Shown here one piece after another: positions 27,512 through 46,074 of a stretch of DNA of 64,000 nucleotides. The notes under the pieces are model-generated. The model made no database searches, was not told the origin of the DNA, and saw only the letters and a list, made by a program, of their open reading frames with translations. This DNA is from the human T2T-CHM13v2.0 reference genome, Homo sapiens: NCBI RefSeq assembly GCF_009914755.1, contig NC_060940.1, one strand, 5' to 3'. Made by a program: the position numbers and the translations under genes. Numbering within the stretch: the first letter of the stretch is position 1; every line of letters starts with the position of its first letter.

Positions 27512-27649
27512 AATGACCTGGATGACCCTGAAAGAGGAATGATTTTTGTCTGCTCTGCAACCCATAAAACCAAATCGATGTTCTTCTTTTTGGCTCAAAC
27601 TGAGCAGGGAGATATCTTTAAGATCACTTTGGAGACAGATGAAGATATG
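27512..27649 (+). CDS. SF3B3: SF3B3 exon 7
   Basis: tag|AAT...ATG|GTAAGT; 138 nt; NDLDDPERGMIFVCSATHK...ETDEDM. Confidence 0.96.
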
Positions 27650-27850
27650 GTAAGTAGACCATGGATGGACCAGTATAGCTACTCTATGAGATGAGATAGG
27701 CAAGACAGGTAATACTTTACAAGTTAAAAAAATGAGAACTTAGAAAGTAGTTGCCCTTGGAACCGGTATATGAGTATAGATTTTCTCTCTGGTTATCAGA
27801 TTTTTGGTCTAGTAATCTTACATACAATATAAGAGCGGCAATGCCACTTG

Positions 27851-27903
27851 TAGTGATTATTTTTAGGTGAAGAAGATAGTGATTATTTTTGGTGTGAAGA
27901 AGA
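27851..27903. repeat. About 26-bp imperfect tandem duplication TAGTGATTATTTTT..GTGAAGAAGA
   Basis: Copies at 27851-27876 and 27877-27903. Confidence 0.88.
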
Positions 27904-28015
27904 TAAAGGTCTCTGTTTCTGCTGAAAACTGGTAATAAACATGATCTGTTACTTGTTTTATCCTATGGACGAGCTCTGTGAGTTGTTGGGCAATTTCTTA
28001 GATAGCTGTTTGGAT

Positions 28016-28190
28016 CAGGAATTGGCAAACATTTTTTTGTAAAGGCCACATAGTAAATACTTGCAGCTTTTGTGAGCTACGTAGTCTCCGTCTCAATTAC
28101 TCAACTCTGCCATTATAGTACAAGACAGCCACAGCCAGTAATGATTGGCATGACTGGCCCATGAGCCGGAGTTTGTTGACCCCTGGTCAG
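28016..28190. mobile_element. MER58-like hAT MITE
   Basis: CAGGAATTGGCAAAC...AAAGGCCACATAGTAAATA...GTTTGTTGACCCCTG terminal inverted repeats. Confidence 0.7.
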
Positions 28191-28292
28191 ATATGAAATA
28201 CAGTATTTTATTTGCTACTCAGCCTGTGCTGTCTTATAATACGGGGCTCACTTCACTTTGTTTGTACACCAGAATGTTTCTTTTCTCACCAG

Positions 28293-28396
28293 GTTACTGA
28301 GATCCGGCTCAAATATTTTGATACTGTACCCGTTGCTGCTGCCATGTGTGTGCTTAAAACAGGGTTCCTTTTTGTAGCATCAGAATTTGGAAACCA
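28293..28396 (+). CDS. SF3B3: SF3B3 exon 8
   Basis: cag|GTT...CCA|GTGAGT; 104 nt; VTEIRLKYFDTVPVAAAMCVLKTGFLFVASEFGN. Confidence 0.97.
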
Positions 28397-28455
28397 GTGA
28401 GTAATCCTTCTGTTACCCTAGTTCACCCTGGTTGGGATAAAAGTTGGCAGCAGAA

Positions 28456-29858
<1,403 letters not shown>

Positions 29859-29859
29859 T

Positions 29860-30650
29860 GATATTTGTCCCTTTGTGTCTAGCTCATTTTACTTGGCATA
29901 ATATTTAGAAAATTCATGTTTAAAAAAAAAAAGAAAGAAAAAGATTCATGTTTTGGTAGCCTGTATCAGAGCTTCGTTCCTTTTTGTGGCGGAATAACTC
30001 ATTGTATGTACATACTGCATTTTGTTTACCCATTCTGCTGATGTACACTTGGATTGTTTCTACCTTTCACTATTGGGAACAATGCTGTGGTAGATGTTGC
30101 TGTGCTAATACCTATTTGATTCCCCATTTTTAATTTTTTTGGGTATATATGTAGGAGTGGAATTACTGGGTCATGGTAATTCTGTGTTTAACTTTTTGAG
30201 AAACCACCAAACTTTCTCATAGCAGCCACACCATTTTACATTCCCAACAGCAGTATATGAGGGTTCCAGTTTCTCCACATCCTTGCCAACTTGTTTTCCA
30301 CGTTTGTGATTATAGCCATCCTGCTAAGTATGCAGTGGTGGTATGAAGTGGTAGCTCATTGTGGTTTGCCTTTCCCCGGTGATGAGTGATGTTGAGCATC
30401 TTTTTGTGTTTATTGGCCATTTGTGTATCTTTGGAGAAATGTCTATTCAAATCCCATTGCCCATTTTTTAAGAGTTGTCTTTTTATTTTTGAGTTCTCTA
30501 TGTGTTCTGGGTACTAGACCCTTGTCAGAAATACGATTTGCAAATATTTTCTCTCATTTTGTGGGTTGTCATCTTTCTTCCTTTGATGCACAAAAGTTTT
30601 AAATTTTGATAAAGTCCAGTTTATCTGTATTTTCTTTGTTGCTTGTGCTA
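29860..30650 (-). mobile_element. Old L1 3' fragment
   Basis: Antisense L1 hallmarks: ttacattcccaacagcagtatatgagggttccagtttctccacatcct, tggagaaatgtctattcaaatcc. Confidence 0.85.
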
Positions 30651-30857
30651 TAAATAAAATACTCACTGCACTTCCCAGATCTTTTCCCTGAATTGTTTTG
30701 AAACAAATCCTAGCTGTCGTACTTAGTGATAACACCTAAAAATAATAACAATAGTATCTTAATATAATCAAATAGCTTGTGCTTTATGTTGATGCCAGAC
30801 ATTATCGTCAGGCAGAGAACTCGTTACCGAAAGTTTCTCTCCTCTGCTTCTTCCCAG

Positions 30858-31023
30858 TTACTTATATCAAATTGCACATCTTGGAGATGATGATGAAGAA
30901 CCTGAGTTTTCATCAGCCATGCCTCTGGAAGAAGGAGACACATTCTTTTTTCAGCCAAGACCACTTAAAAACCTTGTGCTGGTTGATGAGTTGGACAGCC
31001 TCTCTCCCATTCTGTTTTGCCAG
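30858..31023 (+). CDS. SF3B3: SF3B3 exon 9
   Basis: cag|T...CAG|GTTGGT; 166 nt; YLYQIAHLGDDDEEPEFSSAMPLEEG...PILFCQ. Confidence 0.96.
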
Positions 31024-31889
31024 GTTGGTGGGCCTTTCCAGCCCCTTCCACAATAGATCTAAAGTTAAACTGAGGTCTAGTCTAAGAAATAGCTTTATTA
31101 GTATTTCCATGAACTCGCCAGTGTGTAAAGCAGTTAGAGGTAGAAGTTTGAGCACAAAAAACCATTAATAAGTCCTCGGGCTTTTTTTCCCATAATGACA
31201 AAACTCACGTTTAATGTAAAAATGCAGATCATATTCCTGTACAGCTTGCAGGGGAGGAAAAAATCAGACCATACAAGAAGTGAGAAGTAAAAGTCCTCCC
31301 CGTAATCTTCTCACCTGTCCGCTCCATTGAGCCATATTGCTTGTATTAACAACTTCTTGTGACTGCTTCTAGGTGTTTTCTCTGCATTTACAATCATGTA
31401 TATGTTTATGTGTTATATCTTTTTCTTTTTAAAATAAGTGGATTCATATACTCCACAGTATTCTGTGGTTGACCTCTTGTCATGTAACAGTCTACATATA
31501 GCTGTATTTATTTAATTTTACCACAGTTCCTCTTTAAAATAGTTCTGAGACATTGGGATCAGTTGGTAACAGGTAGTTTTGAATCACATTCTCAAGGAGG
31601 AACCTGAAGTGGCTCAGAATGGAGTTTGTGTCTCTCATTGCTGGTGCTCAGTTGTGACAGCCAGGAATTTGATCATGTTGCTGCATCCTCAATTGTCAGG
31701 GTTTGAGTGACCATTAGGGACCACCTGTGTAGTTGATCACACTTCTGATGGGAGAGGAGTTTGTTCACTGGGTACTGGGGAAACAAGTCAGCATTCAGAC
31801 AGGTTTAATTAAACCCATCTGAAATTAATTGCTTTGTTCTTCCTTTCTGAGAAACGATTAGTCTTGAGGGCAACAGAAAATAAATGTGA

Positions 31890-37077
<5,188 letters not shown>

Positions 37078-37558
37078 CGGTGGTGACTGATTTCTATGAG
37101 TGCTTATAGAAGGGAGAGGTGACTGCCAGCCAAGGGGATAAGGGAATAATTTTGTTAAAGGAGGTGGCATTTGAATTGGTCCACATGGGATTTGGCCTTA
37201 TGGGAGCTGGGGAAAGAAAGGGGATGCTAATTTAGATGGCCTGATTGATTCCCAGTGGTTACTGCTGTTCTGAGGATGATCAAGGCATATTGTACTTGAA
37301 GGAAAGGGGTATGGTTTTGCCTGCAGCAACTGTACCCTCTCAGACATCCTGTAACTTTTGCTTAAGACTGTCATGGGGATTGCCACTAAGAACCAGCCTG
37401 TTTGGTTCTTAGATTCTTCTTTCACTAGGTGGTTTCATCCTTTAAATACAGCATACGTTGTGAACCCTGCCTTTGAGACCTTATTTTTTGATGTGATTGT
37501 AAGCAGGTAGCTGAGTTGCATGCTCACTGGATCTGTGGCTTCCCTCTTCTCCTGTCAG

Positions 37559-37631
37559 GTGTCAGAAATGGCTGTTTCTGAGCTACCTGGTAACCCCAAC
37601 GCTGTCTGGACAGTGCGTCGACACATTGAAG
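37559..37631 (+). CDS. SF3B3: SF3B3 exon 11
   Basis: cag|GTG...AAG|GTAAGC; 73 nt; VSEMAVSELPGNPNAVWTVRRHIE. Confidence 0.97.
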
Positions 37632-38350
37632 GTAAGCAGCTTTTTCCCAATAGTCAAAATGAGGATCTAGGTGCCATTGACATAGAAGGCTTGAAAGGCT
37701 GCGTTCATAATACTTCTGTATCATTTCATTTAGCACCATATACCAGAAACTTTCTGGCCCAACACTGTTTTTGAGGCTCTTCCGTTCAGGATGCCTTCAC
37801 CTACCATTTCTTTTTGTGCAGGTGGGAAAGGGGGAACATAGGTTGGCTGTTATATTTTAGTACATAAAGGTTTCAGAATCATAGAGCTGTCAAATGTGGT
37901 ATTGACTTTATATTCATAAAGGTACTGGTTTCATCTGTAAGAGGTATGATATGAGGGAAAGTTGTGCTTTTTCATTCTTCTTCAACTATATTCTTTTAAA
38001 TTGTTTTGAAACCACAGTGAAATTGAAGGTGGTGTTCTAGGAATTAAGAGATTTGGGAAAGCTTGTTAGTCAATCTTGCTAGTGCTTAAGGAAAGCAGAG
38101 TGGAATTGAGTGGAATTCGAATTTTAGTGTGAGTAGAAAAGCGGGGATGGGGAAGGAGAAGGGAGTTTGAGCTCCTGGATATAAATGGTCACCTGATCCT
38201 AAAACTTTGAAAGTAATAGGAGAATGCCTAGTAGTTACTGCAATAGCAGGAAAGTCTTGTGACAATTGAATTGCAGCCTCATAGAAAGAAAGCTCAGTCT
38301 CATTTTCCCTTGATTCACATTGGAGCTACGTTTTTCTCTTGTTCTCTCAG

Positions 38351-38363
38351 GAATGTGGGATGG
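38351..38363 (+). other. SF3B3: Candidate 13-nt microexon in SF3B3 intron 11
   Basis: Acceptor TTTTTCTCTTGTTCTCTCAG, donor TGG|GTGAGT. Confidence 0.4.
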
Positions 38364-38832
38364 GTGAGTAACATCATCCTTGCTAGCAGACAGGTTTTTC
38401 AAGAAAACAGCTGTAATTCTGCCTGATATTTAGATATTCTGCCTGTATGAAACAGATTGAAGGAGTTGGGAGACATGTAGGAGGAAAACAACTTACTATT
38501 AGTAGAATACTCATTTTTGTGGATTTAATTTTCATTGTAGGCATTTGAATCATATCCAAGTTGAGTAGAAAGGGAAAATTGTGAATAGGAAATGGGTAGG
38601 CTTATAAGCTGAAGAGATAATTATTAGGCACCTGGTTTTATGTGTAGTATCTACATAGAAGTTGGTCCGTGTTGGTGTTTTACTTTGGCTTGGTGGCTTG
38701 TTGATATTCATGGCCCTTGAAAGCATTGCCTAGACTGTTTGAATTAGAAACACGTTTTAAGATAACCTATTGTGTTCTTTCTTTTTTTCTTTTAACTTTT
38801 TAAATAAACTTTTTATTTTAAAACAGATTTAG

Positions 38833-39136
<304 letters not shown>

Positions 39137-39838
39137 TTAGGTTTACAGAAAAGTTAACTCTCACTTTTATGAAGAAGACAGGAAGTTATAGGGGTTGAGT
39201 GTCTCAAGACACAGTCTAGGTAATGGGGACAGAATATCCTGGCTTCTGAATCTCAGTTGAATGCCCATTTTGATTAACTGCAGTGAGATTCTGTGGGTCT
39301 TGGTGGTTTCTTTCAGGATAAGTTTAGTTTTTGAGTGCCCACCATGTACTCAGTGATTAAGATAGACTCTGCCTCAGAGCACTTGCCATCTAAAAAAAGA
39401 AGACAAGTATACAAAAGTGTTGTGTGTTGTGATGTGGTGAAAGGCACAGGTACATTGCTGGGAGGGGTTAAAGGAGAGGGCATGTGTTTGAAGGTCAGGG
39501 CAGGCTCTTTAGAGGGACAGCATTTGCTAACTTAGTGATAGGCCGTTTGTTGCATTATGGAACTTGTAGTTGAACATTTTTCTCCTTTATTAAATGTTAG
39601 AAGTCTTGGAAAGGACTATATCCTGCTAAATTTTACTCTTTAGGTACTGTAATTTGGGAGTCACCTATAAATACAGGTCGGGTTCTGTTGGTTCACTCAC
39701 TTTCCAGATACCCGAAGTTACTATTGAGTGAACATTCCTTCTGCCTGCACATGCAGCAGTCTTCCAGGCAAATACTAACCTTGGCTGGTACTTGGTGATG
39801 CACACTACCAATACCAAGCCTTTTTTTCTCTTCCACAG

Positions 39839-39867
39839 GTGGCTGGTGAAGGTGCTGATCACCACAG
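39839..39867 (+). other. SF3B3: Candidate 29-nt poison microexon in SF3B3 intron 11
   Basis: TACTAAC 39773-39779; tract TTTTTTTCTCTTCCACAG; donor CAG|GTGTGT; in-frame TGA 39847-39849 when joined to exon 11. Confidence 0.6.
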
Positions 39868-40618
39868 GTGTGTACCTAACTGCTAGGGTCGATGTGGGGT
39901 CTTATAGTTTATCCAAGGAGAGGGACCTGCACAAAATATTGAGGCTGCCCTGATGGTGTCTTTCAGAGGGTAACTTTGCAGTTGGATGTCACTGGGCATA
40001 ATAGTGCTGCACACCATCTGCCTGTGCATCAGATGGTCTGAGGCAGGAGTCTGCCTCTCTACTTCCTCCCACAGAATTTGTCATATATGGTTAATTTGCC
40101 TTTTACTAAGCTAAAAGAGTCTCTAGCTAGAGAACTTTAGCTTCATACTCTCATAGAGTTGTACATTCCAGGTGTACTGACTGAAAGATCAGGACCGAGA
40201 GAAAGCTTTTGAGTATATTCAGGACTTGCTGAAGCAAGATAAGTATCAGATACCCTTGTCTATGAAGTGAGAGGGAGTTACTTGAGCTTCAGGTATCTGG
40301 ATGGTCGCTCACTTTACCTTTTGGAGTGAGCTGCTGGTTGAGCCTTAAATCCTAAGGCAAGGCAAGTAGAAGAAAAAAGCATTCCCTCCTCTGGGGTCCT
40401 TAGCAGTGTTCAGACAGATGGGAGCCCTGTTGAACTGTGACCTAAAGATACAGTCTCATACCCTTATGGATTCTTCATTGAGGTATGAACTATTGTTTTT
40501 TAACATGAGACTTGAATTCCTTAGAATGCAGTGTGGATGGTACAGTTCCTAGTCATTTACCTTGACTAAAGCTTGGCTTTGTTCTGAACTCCAGCGTTTT
40601 TTTTAAAATAGTGTTTTG

Positions 40619-41020
<402 letters not shown>

Positions 41021-42104
41021 GGACTCCAACTTTTAATCTGCAGTCACTCTAGTACATAAGAATTAACCTGCTGCAAGTCCTCTTCACTGTAGAAGGAAGG
41101 GGTAGAAGTTACAATGTGCTTGGTATTCACAGGGCAGTGTTTATTTTGAGGAAGTCTGTGATGTAAAGCAGCTTTGAGATGTCGTTGGCTCTCCCACTTG
41201 TTGAATTGTCTAGCAAAAGTATGACCCTATTTAAGTTCACTGAGCATTTATTCTCTTATGTTTGAGTAGTCTGAAGTCTTGGTCGAAGGAAAGGCACCCC
41301 TCCTCCCTTCTTTGCCCCATTCTCTCCCATGAAAGTCAAAAGTTGTGTGGTCTGTCTTTTGGAAGGTCACCTTTTCCCCTTGGTGAAGATCTGAGACCAG
41401 AAATCCTGGCCAGTTACAGCCTTTTGTTGTTTGGCTTTAATTTGCTTTGACACAGCTTTTAGGGTTATTAGGTTTCAGTAATGAGAACATGGGAAATGAT
41501 ACTGTATTCATATAATATTAAAATTAAACAACTGTTATTTTTACACAACAAAAATTTCCAGTACAAAAACTGAGAACTGGAGTAAAGGTTCCAAACTTGG
41601 TGTTATGTAGAGATGGATTTTGGTTTTGTTGAAAGCTACTGAGACATCCATTTCAGAGATAACCATGTCCTTACTTGTTTTATGATAGTGAGTAGTGCTT
41701 AGTCTTACAAAGCCATCTTATAAGACGTTCCCAAAGCATTTGATATATGTTGACAGTTCTAGCAAAATAACCAAAAACCAAGTATCTAGCTTCTTGTCCT
41801 GTATTATTCCTTATGATTTGGAAATTGAACCTTTACTCTGTGGATTCCTGGTCTAACCATTAGAGCATGCCCATTGGGAAAGATCTTTAATCCTTGTTTT
41901 TCAGCCACCACAGTAGGTACATATATATGCAATATTAACTGAAACAAAAGTTTCACAAAACAGTAATTATCCTACTATATATGAAGCAACTTCATAAATT
42001 ACATTTATTTCTGTTATGAAGTGCCTATTGTGCAACACATTAAATTGATTTTACGTCCTGCTAATAGGGCAGAACACTACTGTAGGCCATGCCAATGATA
42101 CATC

Positions 42105-42410
42105 TTTTTTGTTTGTTTTGAGACAGTCTCATTCTGTCACCCAGATTGGAGTGCAGTGGGGCGATCTCGGCTCACTGCGGCCTCCGCCTCCCGGGTTCAG
42201 GCAATTCTGCTCAGCCTCCCGAGTAGTTGGAATTACAGGCGCCCACCACCACACCCAGCTAATTTTTGTATTTTATTTTATTTATTTTTTAGTAGAGATG
42301 GGGTTTCACCCTGTTGGTCAGGCTGGTTTCTAACTCCTGATCTCAGGTGATCTACCCACCTTGGCCTCCCAAAGTGCTGGGATTACAGGCATGAGCCATC
42401 ATGCCTGGTC
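42105..42410 (-). mobile_element. AluS with TSD AATGATACATCTT
   Basis: Alu consensus and TSD. Confidence 0.9.
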
Positions 42411-43634
42411 GAATGATACATCTTCATTTGACCCCTGCTTCTGTAAAGAATGCTGATTCTGCAGAACTGATCTAGTAACCTTAATCTAGCTGAACCTCAT
42501 TTGAAGTCATCAGAACCAAAAGTATGCCCTTCATGTGGGTGGGTGGGTGGACCAGCCCTGTGGCATTGAGCTCTTGACAAGTGCTTAGGCAGACGGGTCC
42601 TATAGCTGCTACTGCTAGGAGTGAGTCAGCCACTACATTGTGTGGTGCCTTGTCTTGTTCTGTCCTTTTTTTTTAACCTGATTTCTGGTTAAGGGGGTGT
42701 TAAAACAAAAATTCAAATGTAAACTAGGAAAATCTCAACTCTTTTAAAAAATTAGCATGCCTTTAGTCAACATTTATCAAGCTTTACGCCAAACGTACTG
42801 GATGGGGACACTTGCAGAAGCTGTTGTATGTTGTAGGGTGAGATACATGGAAAATAGATGGCCTTTATGGGATCTGTAGAAGAAACTGAGGGTTTCTGGT
42901 ATACCTCAAGTCCTCTGACTTCCTTGAGAAACTCATTAGTGTTTATTCAACTACATTTAATTAGAAAAAGCAAATTCTAATAGGATTGCTCATGACCACA
43001 GGATTGTTCTGTTTCTAAATAGTGAAAAACCAGAGAGGTCACAGAATAACAATATAAACAACCCCCACCCTCCATTTCCTGGTTATCTAGTTTTCTTACA
43101 TCATTCCCATTGGGACTAGGATTCTCAGCTTCCAACCCTAGAATGAGTTAGTCTCACAGAGGCTTAAGTAATCTCTATTTTATTCATTAGAGCTTGTGTT
43201 CATTTCTACATAAGCTGCTTTTGGAAGAAGTTAGGGGTCTTTCCTAGTTAGAAGGAGTATCTCTTCTTAGGAAGGGGTTGTGTGATTGACAACTGGCACA
43301 AATAAATGAAGCTCTAGCTCAGTATGTTCATGTATCAATATTGTAGTATTTAAAATGTCCTCATGTCTCCGATTCTCTTGCTTTGTCCTCTCACTTCTTT
43401 AGCAGATGTCTCAAGAAAATATTGAGGAAGCAGAGTATATCTGTAGGCTCTTCTGACCCCTAGTTTTCTTCTGGATCATTTTGCTCTGTGTGCATGTGTA
43501 TGTGTGTATGTGTGTAATAACTACACATAGAAGAACTGCCTTGGAAGGTTTCTGAAGAGAACTCTTAGTGTTTCATTTGGCTTTGTAATTCTAATGAGTT
43601 CTTATCTAACCAACTCCCTTCTTTTCTTTTTCAG

Positions 43635-43786
43635 ATGAGTTTGATGCCTACATCATTGTGTCTTTCGTGAATGCCACCCTAGTGTTGTCCATTGGAGAAA
43701 CTGTAGAAGAAGTGACTGACTCTGGGTTCCTGGGGACCACCCCGACCTTGTCCTGCTCCTTATTAGGAGATGATGCCTTGGTGCAG
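43635..43786 (+). CDS. SF3B3: SF3B3 exon 12
   Basis: cag|AT...CAG|GTGAGG; 152 nt; [22 protein letters not shown]...DDALVQ. Confidence 0.97.
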
Positions 43787-43833
43787 GTGAGGGTTCTCAG
43801 AGCTTACCTACTTGGCCTGCTTTGTTCTTTCTT

Positions 43834-43925
43834 GGCCTTCATTGTGATGCAGGCTGCTGTGTTCATGTCTCTTCACCCTCACCTTCCAGCAAGCCTTAGG
43901 GGTAGGGAACATATGATTTGGGCAC
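43834..43925 (+). pseudogene. Possible degenerate SNORD111-family copy in SF3B3 intron 12
   Basis: C-like GTGATGC 43844-43850, then TCATGTCTCTTCACC 43863-43877 (contains the full 12-nt SNORD111 guide); D'/D boxes decayed. Confidence 0.45.
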
Positions 43926-44239
43926 ATAATATCCCTCTCTGTATTTGCCATTTTTCTGTTACAGAGCCACATCACTGCAGCTTTCATCTCTAATAAAGAT
44001 CTTTATAAGTGTTTTGTTAATAAGCTTTGAACTTCTTTGAAGTGGACACTGCAAAACATGAACTATTTAAAAGTTGACCTTGCCTGAGGCCTACTAACTC
44101 TTTTGTCTTTGATTCAACTGGTGCCTCAAATGCAGTGGCCCCAGGTCTGATTTTAGTGACAGATCTGATAGATGTGAGGGTCATTCTGAGTGATGAATCA
44201 AATTGTTAAAGTCAGGTTTCTTTCTGTTACTGACTCTAG

Positions 44240-44395
44240 GTCTATCCAGATGGCATTCGGCACATACGAGCAGACAAGAGAGTCAATGAGTGGAAGACCC
44301 CTGGAAAGAAAACAATTGTGAAGTGTGCAGTGAACCAGCGACAAGTGGTGATTGCCCTGACAGGAGGAGAGCTGGTCTATTTCGAGATGGATCCT
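44240..44395 (+). CDS. SF3B3: SF3B3 exon 13
   Basis: tag|GTC...CCT|GTATGT; 156 nt; [22 protein letters not shown]...YFEMDP. Confidence 0.96.
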
Positions 44396-44481
44396 GTATG
44401 TTATTTTATCATTCACTGTGGGACTTATTGTAGGGACCAGAGGGAAAGATGGGCATTGTAGTCTAGTCATTTAGATGATAG

Positions 44482-44824
<343 letters not shown>

Positions 44825-45367
44825 TCACTCTCTACTTTTCCAACAAATATTTGGCATAGATTTAATTTCTGCAGTCTGAATCCATTTCAGAAAACTTCTA
44901 TATGGAAGGATGTTCAGTACACTTAATTCTCTTGCTCTCAGGAGGTCTCTAGTGTGGCCAAATTTGTAGCCTGCCTGTACCTTTGGTTGAGATTTCTCTG
45001 TCTTTAACCATATTTGAATTCCCTTCACCCAGAATATTCTTGTAAAACACAGACAGTTTTATATGTCTCCATTTCCTGAGAACAAAGTTGGCTCAGAAAA
45101 TTTGTGGCACATTGACCTTGTCAAAGGTCTGTTCATTCTCTTATTGATGGAAGATACTCATTTTGCTTGCTGTGAGCCTGTTAACTTCAGTCTTGAGAAC
45201 TCAGGTAGATAAATTCTTGTCATTTACTATAGTAAGAGGAGTGAGAGGAAGCAGAACAAAATACAACAGCCCTCCTTCATTCTCTGGATCCAGGGTTTTG
45301 GGGTGAATTGGAGCATCTAGACCCATCCCTCTGTAGTTTTGACCTTGCTGTGTCTTTCCTCCTGTAG

Positions 45368-45523
45368 TCAGGACAGCTGAATGAGTACACAGAACGGAAG
45401 GAGATGTCAGCAGATGTGGTGTGCATGAGTCTGGCCAATGTACCCCCTGGAGAGCAGCGGTCTCGCTTCCTGGCTGTGGGGCTTGTGGACAACACTGTCA
45501 GAATCATCTCCCTGGATCCCTCA
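45368..45523 (+). CDS. SF3B3: SF3B3 exon 14
   Basis: tag|TCA...TCA|GTGAGT; 156 nt; [22 protein letters not shown]...SLDPS. Confidence 0.96.
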
Positions 45524-45576
45524 GTGAGTGACACTCTGAGCTTCAAGGATCATCTGGTTGGAACCTGAGCATCTGG

Positions 45577-45626
45577 CTCCTGATGTCTATCTCTGAGATC
45601 CACTCCTGATGTCTATCTCTGAGATC
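45577..45626. repeat. Exact 24-bp direct repeat (26-bp period) CTCCTGATGTCTATCTCTGAGATC
   Basis: Copies at 45577-45600 and 45603-45626. Confidence 0.95.
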
Positions 45627-46074
45627 AGCTGGGTTAGAACCCAGAATCCATACCTGCTGCTTCTCTTGTCATTGCAGTGTGTTTCAGGAGTTTCCTGCTG
45701 TGGTTTAAGGATATGATCTGAGACTACAGAAATGTTTCTTTGGCTTAAGCCTCAACTCCTTTTTTTAAGTTAACAACCAAGACTGCATAAATTTGACTTG
45801 CTGCAGGACCCTAGGTGACTTTTCAGGAGGTGTGCTTTGCTTAATTACCTTTGCCATTATCTTCTTTGACAAAAGGAGGAAAGCATGATCTTCCCGAAGC
45901 TTATTCTGAAATTGGGTGTAACTAATAACTCAGTACTCTCTTAGAACTCACTCCCCGGGTTTTTTCTGTGCATAAGGAAGTACTTTTTCAATCCTAGAAT
46001 TAGATTTCTCTGGGTATGTTTTTTTCCTAAAATTGTCATTTTCTGTGTTTTTATGATTTTTCTCTCCCTCTCAG

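Noticed and set aside
37805-37830. TTTCTTTTTGTGCAG|GTGGGA recursive-site-like motif
   Set aside because: Only 190 nt from the exon 11 donor in a 6-kb intron, and such motifs are common by chance
39644-39676. 33-nt in-frame candidate exon (ttag|GTACTG...ACAG|GTCGGG)
   Set aside because: Donor is weak; could instead be an alternative upstream acceptor; not supportable from sequence alone
39940-40076. Possible H/ACA snoRNA (ACACCA at 40011-40016, ACA at 40071-40073)
   Set aside because: The 3' hairpin does not close next to the ACA; the segment is better explained as a pyrimidine tract plus CAG acceptor
42537-42550. (GGGT)n G-quadruplex
   Set aside because: Only three full G3 runs; marginal
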